NCBI GenBank assembly: GCA_964628235.1
Contig: CAZVLU010000015.1
Location: 150-64,149, forward strand
DNA: 64,000 bases
Source: an uncultured Rhizobium sp.
GTDB taxonomy: Bacteria; Pseudomonadota; Alphaproteobacteria; SMXQ01
Direction: 5' to 3'
Below, in pieces: positions 8,754-16,604 of this stretch. How positions within the stretch are numbered: position 1 is the first letter of the stretch; each line of letters begins with the position of its first letter. The position numbers and the translations under genes are program-made. Under the pieces are notes generated by a model, which saw nothing but the letters and a program-made list of their open reading frames with translations, made no database searches and was not told the origin of the DNA.

Positions 8754-9809
8754 ATGACCAACACCCTTCTGCGCCATACGTCCGCGCGCATGATCGGCGC
8801 GCTCGCTGCCGTGACCCTGTCCGCCTTTCTGCTTCAACCATCGCCGGCCGCCGCCGACGCGGTGGGAGACTTTTACAAAGGCAAGACCGTCAACCTGATC
8901 ATCGGCTACGCGCCCGGCGCCGGCTACGACACCTATGGCCGCTTGATCGCCCGCCACTTCGGCCGCTTCCTGCCCGGCGCGCCCAACATCGTCCCGCAAA
9001 ACATGCCCGGCGCCGGCAGCATCAAAGCGGCCAACCACATCTACAACATCGCCGCCAAAGACGGCACCGCGCTCGGCATGTTCGCGTCGTCCGCCGCCTT
9101 CGAGCAGATGTTCGGCGGCGAAGGCGTGCAGTTCGATACCGCCAAATTCACCTGGATCGGCAATATCGACGAAAGCGTCGGCACCTGTGCCGTGTGGCAC
9201 ACCACGGGCGTGGAAAATTTCGAGCAGATGCTGAAGACCGAATTGGTGTTCGGCGGCAGCGGAGCCGCCGCCGTCACCTCGCAGCATGCCGTCGCGCTGC
9301 GCAATCTGCTCGGCGCGAAGATCAAGCTGGTGCAGGGCTACAACGGCGCGCAGGACGTCAAGCTGGCCATGGCGCGCGGCGAGGTGCAGGCCGGATGCGG
9401 CATGGCGCTCTCCTCGCTCAAATCGCAACATGCGCAAGAATGGAAATCCGGCCAGCTTCGTCCGGTCATCCAGCTCGCCATCGAGCGCAGCCCAGACCTG
9501 CCGAACGTGGCGCATCTCTACGACTACGCCAAGGACGAGGAGACGCGCCAAGTGTTCGATCTGGTGTTCGGCCGCCACGTCATCGGCCGGCCGCTGTCCG
9601 CGCCGCCGGGCGTGCCGAGCGACCGCAAGCAAGCGCTGCGCAAGGCATTCATGAATACGATGAAGGACACGACTTTCCTCGCCGATGCCGACAAGCTCAG
9701 GCTCGACATCATGCCGTCCGACGGCGAGGGCGTCGAAAGGCTGTTCACCCGATTCTTCGGCTATCCGAAGCCGGTGATCGAGAAGGCGGTCGCGGCGATG
9801 AAAGAGTGA
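8754..9809 (+). CDS. TctC/Bug-family periplasmic solute-binding protein (tripartite tricarboxylate transporter receptor-like), paralog 1
   Basis: Signal peptide, then FYKGKTVNLIIGYAPGAGYDTYGRL...NMPGAGS, matching the TctC family pattern. GGGGAGG Shine-Dalgarno upstream. Confidence 0.7.
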   Translation: MTNTLLRHTSARMIGALAAVTLSAFLLQPSPAAADAVGDFYKGKTVNLIIGYAPGAGYDTYGRLIARHFGRFLPGAPNIVPQNMPGAGSIKAANHIYNIAAKDGTALGMFASSAAFEQMFGGEGVQFDTAKFTWIGNIDESVGTCAVWHTTGVENFEQMLKTELVFGGSGAAAVTSQHAVALRNLLGAKIKLVQGYNGAQDVKLAMARGEVQAGCGMALSSLKSQHAQEWKSGQLRPVIQLAIERSPDLPNVAHLYDYAKDEETRQVFDLVFGRHVIGRPLSAPPGVPSDRKQALRKAFMNTMKDTTFLADADKLRLDIMPSDGEGVERLFTRFFGYPKPVIEKAVAAMKE

Positions 9810-9830
9810 CGCGACCAGGAGCGGCTGCCC

Positions 9831-10541
9831 TTAGGCCTGGGCAGCCGCGACCTTCGCGTTGGCTTGCAGATAACCGAGGGCTTCGTCGGTCGTCATCACG
9901 TCGCCGAAGGTGAGGTAGAAGTTGAGGAGCGTCGCGTTATGCTCCTCGTCGGTGCCGGCGGCCAAGCCGTCGCTGACCATCACCGTCTGAAAATTGCGCA
10001 TGCAAGCGTCGCGCGCCGTCGATTCGCAGCAGACGCTGGTCGAGGTTCCGGTGATCAGCACGGTGTCGATGCCGCGTTCGCGCAGCAACGCCTCGATGTT
10101 CGACGAACCTTGGATGAAGGCGGAAAAGCGCGTCTTGTCGACGATCAGGTCGTCCGGACGCACGTCCATGCCGGCCCAAACCTGATGACCGATCGACCCC
10201 GGCTTGAGCGATTCGGCGCGCTTCTTGGCACGCCCTGGATTCGACAGCTTCTCGTAGGCGATCGACCAGCTTTTGAACGACTCCTCGCTCGCCGTGTTGC
10301 GGATCCACACCACGACGCCGCCGGCGGCCCGCAAACCTGCCGCCAGCTTGTTCACGTTCGGCACGATCTCCAAAGCGCCCTTGATCAAGCTGTGCGCGAC
10401 GCCTTCCATCATGAAGCCGTTTTGCAGATCGACGACCACCAGGGCGGTACGGGCCGGCTCCATATCGGCAAAGATATGCGCCTTGCCGCGCCGCTCGATG
10501 ACGCGTTGTTTCGCCCAATCGGGAATATGGGTTTTGTGCAT
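9831..10541 (-). CDS. Isochorismatase-family cysteine hydrolase
   Basis: Isochorismatase fold motifs (VVDLQNGF; catalytic Cys in TGTSTSVCCESTARDA). 236 aa. Confidence 0.85.
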   Translation of the reverse strand: MHKTHIPDWAKQRVIERRGKAHIFADMEPARTALVVVDLQNGFMMEGVAHSLIKGALEIVPNVNKLAAGLRAAGGVVVWIRNTASEESFKSWSIAYEKLSNPGRAKKRAESLKPGSIGHQVWAGMDVRPDDLIVDKTRFSAFIQGSSNIEALLRERGIDTVLITGTSTSVCCESTARDACMRNFQTVMVSDGLAAGTDEEHNATLLNFYLTFGDVMTTDEALGYLQANAKVAAAQA

Positions 10542-10569
10542 GGCTCGTCTCCCTGCCGCGTTCAGACGA

Positions 10570-11619
10570 TCATATCTTATCGGCGATGCTCAGCATCGCG
10601 CGAGTCTTCTCGATCACGCCCGCCGGCGTGTCGTAAATCTCCTTGATGAGCTTGAGGATTTCCTCCGGAGTGGCCGGGTTCACTTCGAGGCGCGCCTTAT
10701 CGGCCTCGGCCAGGAACTGCGGGTCCTTCATGGTTTTCTGAAACGCGTCGCGCAACGCGGCGACCCGATCCTTGTCGGTGCCCGGCGGGGCGACGAAGGA
10801 GCGGCCATAAATCCAAGGGCCAAAGGTCATCTGCATGATCTGCTTCTGCTCCTCCGTCTTGGCGAGCGAGAAGGCGTTGGCCACTCCCGGCAATTCGGGA
10901 TGGTTGCGCAATGAGGTTTGCAGAATGATCTTAAGTTCCCCGCGCTTGATGGCATCCCAATGGGCGGACTTGAGCGTGGTCACGTTCAGGCCGCAAGCGC
11001 CGTCGACCTCGCCGCGCTGGCCGGCCAGCGCCACTTCCGACAGGCCGGAATAGCCGGCCACGATCTTGAAGGGAAAACCGAGAACCTGCTTCAAGGTGAT
11101 GGCGTCGAGAGTCGAGCCGCTCGACGGGCCGACGCCGCCGATGATCAATTCGCGCTTGCTCAGGTCTTCGATGGAATTGACGCCCGACTTGGCCCAAAAG
11201 CCGCAAGTGCTGATCTCGGCGTTGGCGCTGCCGATCCATTCGTATTTCAGCGGATCGAACTTGGCGACTTCCGGCGTGAGCAGCGGCGCTGTGGTCATCA
11301 CCGGATTAATGATGCCGATGACCGAACCGTCCCTCGGCGCGGCCGTCGTCAGATAGGTCATTTGCTTGAGGCCGCCGGCGCCGGGCATGTTCTTCGGCAC
11401 CATGGTCGGCGTGCCTGGAATATGCCGATACATATGACGCGATAAGAACCTGCCGTAGGTGTCGAAACCGCCGCCCGGCGTCGAGCCGATGACGACATCC
11501 AACTCGCGGCCTTTATAGAAACCGGCAACGTCGGCGGCGCCTGCCGAAGCGACAAGAGCCGGTGAGACGAGAGCGGCGCCGATAGCGGCGGCGCAGAGAA
11601 GTTTCAGGCTGACGCGCAT
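10570..11619 (-). CDS. TctC/Bug-family periplasmic solute-binding protein, paralog 2
   Basis: Signal peptide plus FYKGRELDVVIGSTPGGGFDTYGRF...NMPGAGG. Paralogous to 8754..9809 and 41263..42285. Confidence 0.7.
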   Translation of the reverse strand: MRVSLKLLCAAAIGAALVSPALVASAGAADVAGFYKGRELDVVIGSTPGGGFDTYGRFLSRHMYRHIPGTPTMVPKNMPGAGGLKQMTYLTTAAPRDGSVIGIINPVMTTAPLLTPEVAKFDPLKYEWIGSANAEISTCGFWAKSGVNSIEDLSKRELIIGGVGPSSGSTLDAITLKQVLGFPFKIVAGYSGLSEVALAGQRGEVDGACGLNVTTLKSAHWDAIKRGELKIILQTSLRNHPELPGVANAFSLAKTEEQKQIMQMTFGPWIYGRSFVAPPGTDKDRVAALRDAFQKTMKDPQFLAEADKARLEVNPATPEEILKLIKEIYDTPAGVIEKTRAMLSIADKI

Positions 11620-11856
11620 TGCGATCTCCTCGAGCGGGAATGAACGAAGCGCCGCAGCGAACGCGGTGGGGGCGCGCGACCGAGGGCGTTAGCTCATGCA
11701 TCGCAACATGCGTGCCAAGCGCGCGGTGGCTGCTCATTGAGCGATAACAATGGGGTTTCGCCGAAAGAAACCGAAAACGGTCACTTTCGCGCCGATGTCT
11801 GTCCTATTCTTCGGCAAGCTAGGCTAAAATCTCCGCTGCCCTGCCCGACTGGAGCC

Positions 11857-12150
11857 ATGATGGACACCGACCGTATCAAACTCGAAGCCCGCCTGTTCGC
11901 CAGCGAATATCTCATGTGCAACCTCTACGCCATGATCTTCCGCGCCGCGCCCGACCCAGCCGCCGCCGTGCAGGCGTTCGGCGGCGATCTGCGCCGGCAT
12001 ATGGAAGGCTTCGCCGTCGCCGGCCTCGACCCGCTGCAATCGGACACCTTCGCCGGCGAAGTGCGCGACGCGCTCGACGTCCTGCTCGGCCAACTTGGCA
12101 GCATGATGGCGCAAGCCAGCACGCCAAGCGGCGGCCCCGCCGCCCATTGA
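11857..12150 (+). CDS. Hypothetical small protein (97 aa)
   Basis: ATGATG start preceded by GGAG. Coding-like composition. No recognisable family. Confidence 0.4.
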   Translation: MMDTDRIKLEARLFASEYLMCNLYAMIFRAAPDPAAAVQAFGGDLRRHMEGFAVAGLDPLQSDTFAGEVRDALDVLLGQLGSMMAQASTPSGGPAAH

Positions 12151-12194
12151 TCCGCAGTGCCGATCCGCGCGTAAACATTTTATGGCCTCATAAA

Positions 12195-12917
12195 ATGTTT
12201 GGACGGATCATGATACTGAAGACTTTTCTCCGCCCTCTCGCCAGCGCCGCTGTCATTCTCGGGGCTGTCGGCCTGCCGATCACCGCATCCTGGGCTTGGC
12301 AGGGGAGCGCCGTGTCCCGCGACATCGCCTTCAACGTGATCCGCGCCGGCGAGCCGATGGGCAGTCACAAAGTCACGTTCCGCCAAGACGGCGACCGCCT
12401 CAATGTCGACATCGCCATCGATCTGGAGGTGCGTCTCGCCTTCATCCCGGTCTTCCGCTACACCCACCGCAACAGCGAAACTTGGGAGAATGGCCGGCTT
12501 GTCCGCTTGCAAACCACCACCAATGACGACGGCACCCAGCATAAGGTCTTCGCGGAGGCGACCGATCAGGGGCTCCGCATCACCGACAGCGCCGGACGGA
12601 CATATCTCGCGCCCGCCGACACGCTCCCCACCAGTTATTGGAACAAGGAGACGATCAGCCGGAGCGAACTGCTCAACACCCAGTCGGGCAAAATGATGCC
12701 GATCCGCATCGAGCATCATCGCGAGTCAACGGCCGCTCTCGGCGACGCCGACCATTACCGCTTGGTGATGATCGACGACAACGACGGCACGCCGATCGAC
12801 GTTTGGTACGACAAGCAAAGCCTCGCCTGGGTCAAACTGGCCTTTGAAGCGCGCGGCACCAAAATCGACTATTCGCTGGCCGCTATCGGCGGCCAGCCGC
12901 AACAAGCGGCGAGATAG
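12195..12917 (+). CDS. Secreted DUF-type protein with signal peptide (unknown function)
   Basis: N-terminal signal peptide (LASAAVILGAVGLPITASWAW) and beta-rich composition. Conserved-hypothetical look. Confidence 0.55.
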   Translation: MFGRIMILKTFLRPLASAAVILGAVGLPITASWAWQGSAVSRDIAFNVIRAGEPMGSHKVTFRQDGDRLNVDIAIDLEVRLAFIPVFRYTHRNSETWENGRLVRLQTTTNDDGTQHKVFAEATDQGLRITDSAGRTYLAPADTLPTSYWNKETISRSELLNTQSGKMMPIRIEHHRESTAALGDADHYRLVMIDDNDGTPIDVWYDKQSLAWVKLAFEARGTKIDYSLAAIGGQPQQAAR

Positions 12918-12920
12918 CCG

Positions 12921-13463
12921 TCAATTCGGCAGCTTGCGGAAGAATAGGAATACCTGGCCAACTTGCAGGCCGTATTTCGTCACCTCGGCCTTGTTCAGCA
13001 CGGCCTCGGCGTCTTGCCGAAATAGCCAGTCGTCAAATTGCACCCGCACGGGGCCGTCGTCGGTCTTGAGATCGACCGTATAGCGCCAATTGAAGGCCCG
13101 CCCTGCCGCCATGCCCTTGGCGACGCCGACGACGTCGTCGGCCCGCCCCTCATAGGTGCCATCGGCGAGTTTGACGATGCGCCAGACGCGGCGGTCGCGC
13201 TCGCCGTCGTCATAGACAAAATCCTCCTCCAGCACCAATTCGCGGCCGTCCCAGCGGCCGACGAGATCGACGACGAATTGCCGCTTCACGTTGCCGAAGC
13301 GATCCTCGAACAGGCCCCAAGCTTTGGTGCGCCCGGCAAAATACTCCTCGATACGCATGTCGGGCTGGCTCGCCGCGAAATCCTGAAGCGTCATGCCGCT
13401 GCACCCCGCCAGAGCGGCGGTCATCGACGCCCATAGGACAAGGCGCTTGATCGTTCGAATCAT
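12921..13463 (-). CDS. DUF3833-family lipoprotein
   Basis: 180-aa product starting MIRTIKRLVLWASMTAALAGCSG (lipobox). Domain resemblance to DUF3833 from memory. It is the C-terminal, in-frame part of the artefactual 559-aa ORF 12921..14600. Confidence 0.65.
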   Translation of the reverse strand: MIRTIKRLVLWASMTAALAGCSGMTLQDFAASQPDMRIEEYFAGRTKAWGLFEDRFGNVKRQFVVDLVGRWDGRELVLEEDFVYDDGERDRRVWRIVKLADGTYEGRADDVVGVAKGMAAGRAFNWRYTVDLKTDDGPVRVQFDDWLFRQDAEAVLNKAEVTKYGLQVGQVFLFFRKLPN

Positions 13464-14767
13464 GATTGTCCTCTTGCTGCGTTCAAACGTCCGGCGATCT
13501 CGGCATGGCGCGCCGCCGTCAAGGGATAGCGCGCCATCAGCGCGACAGCGGCGAGCTTGAAGGCGATCGGCACGAGGCTGTAAAGCGCGATCAGCATGAA
13601 CGAGGCGCTGCCCGCCCACTCGAGCAGCGGAAAGGCGATGCCGACCGCGAGCGCCAGCGCCAACTTGGTCGCCATGCCCCACAGCGCGAAGAACAGCCCG
13701 GCACGGCGCTCGCCCGACTCCACCGTATCGAGATCGACGACATCGGCCTGCATCGCCGGCGGCAACACCAGATCGGCGCCGAGACAGAGACCGGTGAGGA
13801 CGCAAATGCCGGCGAACCACAGAATGTCGCCCGGACCGAGCAAAGGCGCCGCCGCGAACACCAGGCAGGAGAGCAGCATGGCGGCGCACCAAACCCGATG
13901 CTTGCCATAGCGATAGCTGAGACGCAGCCACAGCGGCACCGCGGCGATGCCGGCCAGGAAATAGACGAACAGCAGCAGGCCTGCTTGGTTCGACGCCTGC
14001 AGCACCCGTTCGACGAAGAGCAGGAACAAAGTCGCGGGCAAACCGTTGGCGAATCCGTTGAGCAAATAAGCCGCGATCAGGCGGAGGAACGGCCTGTTGC
14101 TGGCCAATACGCGCCAGCCCTGCGTCACGGAAGGCGCGCGCGCGCGCAAAGGCGCGCCATCGGGCACGCGCCAGATCATCACGGCCGTGCAGATCGGCAG
14201 CAAGACGATCACGCCGATGCCGACCCAGCGCAGCGCCGCCGATGGACCCAAACCATCGAGCAAGGCGAGCGCGCCGAGCGTGATCAAGGTGCCGGCGAGA
14301 ATGAAGGATTCGCGCCACGCCGAAATGCGGCTGCGCGCGTCGTAACCCGGCGACAGTTCCGCCGAGAGCGCCGTGAGCGGCAGGATCATCATGGTCCAGC
14401 CGAGATAGAGGACCATGCTCCAGAGCAACAGATGGACATTGCCGACTCCGGCCGGCGGGGCGAACAGCATCCAGCAGGCCAGCATCACGAGCGGCGCGCC
14501 GGCGACGATCCACGGCCTCCGCCGCCCCCAGCGCGCGGTGATGCGTCCGTTGCCATGGTCGCTGAGCCAGCCGATCAGCGGATCGCTGACGACATCCCAC
14601 AGCCGGGCAAGCAGCAAGATAGCCCCGACGGCGGCCAAGCCGAGCCCAAGATCGTCAGCATAATAGTTCGGCAAATAGATGTAGACCGGCAGCGTCAGCG
14701 CCGCCAAGGGCAGCGCCGGGGCCGCATAGGCCGCGAGAAGCGATGTCGTCAGTTTTTGAGCCGTCAT
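13460..14767 (-). CDS. MFS transporter, glycoside-pentoside-hexuronide (MelB)-like
   Basis: 435 aa, 12 predicted hydrophobic segments, DPLIGWLSD-type motif. Stop overlaps the DUF3833 start (ATGA). Confidence 0.8.
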   Translation of the reverse strand: MTAQKLTTSLLAAYAAPALPLAALTLPVYIYLPNYYADDLGLGLAAVGAILLLARLWDVVSDPLIGWLSDHGNGRITARWGRRRPWIVAGAPLVMLACWMLFAPPAGVGNVHLLLWSMVLYLGWTMMILPLTALSAELSPGYDARSRISAWRESFILAGTLITLGALALLDGLGPSAALRWVGIGVIVLLPICTAVMIWRVPDGAPLRARAPSVTQGWRVLASNRPFLRLIAAYLLNGFANGLPATLFLLFVERVLQASNQAGLLLFVYFLAGIAAVPLWLRLSYRYGKHRVWCAAMLLSCLVFAAAPLLGPGDILWFAGICVLTGLCLGADLVLPPAMQADVVDLDTVESGERRAGLFFALWGMATKLALALAVGIAFPLLEWAGSASFMLIALYSLVPIAFKLAAVALMARYPLTAARHAEIAGRLNAARGQS

Positions 14768-14940
14768 CGCGCTGCTATTCCAAAAAGGTGCCGATGATAT
14801 CTTCCTTAGCCTACGTCAGATGCCGTACGGCGGATGTTGCGCAAATGTCCCGCCATCGCGGGTTTCTTGCCGGAAACCTATGGACAGCGCATGTCTAAGC
14901 CCCTCTTGTAGCCAGCCTGTGCCCTCGTTCCGACCGTGTC

Positions 14941-16131
14941 ATGACCTCCCGCCAATATAAAACTCTCGCCATCTTGCTCGGCGCGCTCACCGCATTCGCG
15001 CCTATGTCGATCGACATGTACCTGCCGAGCTTCCCGACGCTGCAGCATGAATTCGCCGGCGAGCCGGGCCTGGTGCAGGCCACGCTCTCGGTGTTTTTCG
15101 CCGGCCTCGCCATCGGCCAAGCGGTTTACGGCCCGATCTCCGACCGTTTCGGCCGCAAAGCGCCGCTCTCTGTCGGCATCGCGCTTTATATCGTCGGCTC
15201 GATCGCCGCCGCCTTGACGCCGAGCCTCGAAGGGCTGGTCGCCGCGCGCTTCCTGCAAGGCATCGGCGGCTGCGCCGGCATGGTCATCGCGCGCGCCATC
15301 GTGCGCGACCTGTTCGACGAGCGCGATTCGGCGCGCATGCTGACCACGCTGATGCTGGTCATGGGCTTGGCGCCGATTTTGGCGCCCATCATCGGCGGAC
15401 AATTGCTCGCCGCTTTCGGCTGGCAATCGATCTTCTGGGTGCTGACGGGCTTCGGCGTCTTTTGTCTGGCGCTCACAACCTTCGTGCTGCGTGAAAGCCT
15501 GCCACCGACAGCCCGCGTGCCGGGCGGCGTGACCGTCGCGCTCGGCAATTACTGGTTTTTGATGCGCGACTGGCAGTTCCTCGGCTTCGTGCTGACGGGC
15601 ACCAGCGTCATGGCCGGCATGTTCGCCTATATCGCCGGATCGCCATTCGTTTTCATCGAGCTCTATGGCGTGCCGGCCGAACATTACGGCTTTCTTTTCG
15701 GCCTCAACGCCATCGGCTTGATCGCTGCGTCGCAAATCAACCACCGACTGCTCTCGCGCTACTCCGGCCGCGCCATCCTTCGCACGGCCACCATGGGCTA
15801 TGCCGGCGCGACGCTGCTCGTCGGCCTCAACGCGCTGACCGGCATCGGCGGCTTTATCGGCCTGCTCGTCCCGCTGTTCTTTAGCGTCGCCAGCCTGGGC
15901 TTCATCGCGCCCAACACCACTGCCGCCGCAATGTCGCTGCATGGCCGCATCGCCGGGGCGGCCTCCGCATTCCTCGGCATCATGCAATTCGGCTTCGGCG
16001 CCGTGGTGGCGGCGCTGGTCGGCGTATTGGCCGACGGCAGCGCCCGCCCGATGGGCCTGACCATCGCGGCCTGCGGCATCGCCGCCTTTGCCCTGCAGCA
16101 TTTCTGCCTGCAGCGCGCCCCCGCCGCCTAA
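14941..16131 (+). CDS. MFS transporter, Bcr/CflA drug-resistance subfamily
   Basis: 396 aa with the MFS signature GPISDRFGRK and 12 TM segments. Confidence 0.8.
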   Translation: MTSRQYKTLAILLGALTAFAPMSIDMYLPSFPTLQHEFAGEPGLVQATLSVFFAGLAIGQAVYGPISDRFGRKAPLSVGIALYIVGSIAAALTPSLEGLVAARFLQGIGGCAGMVIARAIVRDLFDERDSARMLTTLMLVMGLAPILAPIIGGQLLAAFGWQSIFWVLTGFGVFCLALTTFVLRESLPPTARVPGGVTVALGNYWFLMRDWQFLGFVLTGTSVMAGMFAYIAGSPFVFIELYGVPAEHYGFLFGLNAIGLIAASQINHRLLSRYSGRAILRTATMGYAGATLLVGLNALTGIGGFIGLLVPLFFSVASLGFIAPNTTAAAMSLHGRIAGAASAFLGIMQFGFGAVVAALVGVLADGSARPMGLTIAACGIAAFALQHFCLQRAPAA

Positions 16132-16170
16132 GCCTCTGCTGGATATATCATTCCTGCATGATAGCTAAGT

Positions 16171-16187
16171 AATTAATAATCATTTGC
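16171..16187. promoter_or_regulatory. AT-rich Fur/iron-box-like motif AATTAATAATCATTTGC upstream of hemP
   Basis: Read from the sequence. It matches the ATAATCATT core of Fur-box consensus and lies about 90 nt upstream of the hemP start. Confidence 0.3.
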
Positions 16188-16277
16188 AACAACTGGGCTG
16201 CATGTTACATCGCAAAGGCTAACGCTCTGCCGCCGGGAATAATTCCTAAATCGGCAGAGGCTTAGAGGGTCTGCGTG

Positions 16278-16475
16278 ATGGATGGAGGCGACGGCATCGC
16301 GACGCCGAACGCGAATGTTTCCGGGCAACATGCCGCTATCGTCGCCGAGGAGTCGCCTCGGCGCATGAGCGTCCATGAATTGCTTGGCGGCCAGCGCGAG
16401 CTGATCCTCATGTTGCAAGAGATCGAGTACCGCCTGCGCATTACCAGCAACGGCAAGCTCATTCTCACCAAGTAA
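16278..16475 (+). CDS. hemP: Hemin uptake protein HemP/HmuP
   Basis: 65-aa product ending ...EYRLRITSNGKLILTK, the hallmark C-terminus of the HemP family. Immediately upstream of a TonB-dependent receptor. Confidence 0.8.
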   Translation: MDGGDGIATPNANVSGQHAAIVAEESPRRMSVHELLGGQRELILMLQEIEYRLRITSNGKLILTK

Positions 16476-16484
16476 GACGTTCGA

Positions 16485-16510
16485 GGCCGGAAAATCCGGC
16501 AAAGTTTTTT
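16485..16510 (+). terminator. Hairpin GGCCGG-AAAAT-CCGGC followed by a T6 tract between hemP and the receptor gene (possible attenuator/terminator)
   Basis: Read from the sequence. Short 5-6 bp GC stem then AAAGTTTTTT. Confidence 0.3.
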
Positions 16511-16604
16511 ACCGAGCCAGCCATTTTTGGGACGTCCGTCAGGTCTCCCCGATAGCCAGCCAGGTCGCACAGTTCAGCAACCCGTTGGCTACCGGAGGAT
16601 TTCC

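Noticed and set aside
12921-14600. 559-aa ORF on the minus strand
   Set aside because: Only the last 180 codons (DUF3833, from ATG 13463) are credible. The upstream 380 codons are antisense to the MFS transporter gene.
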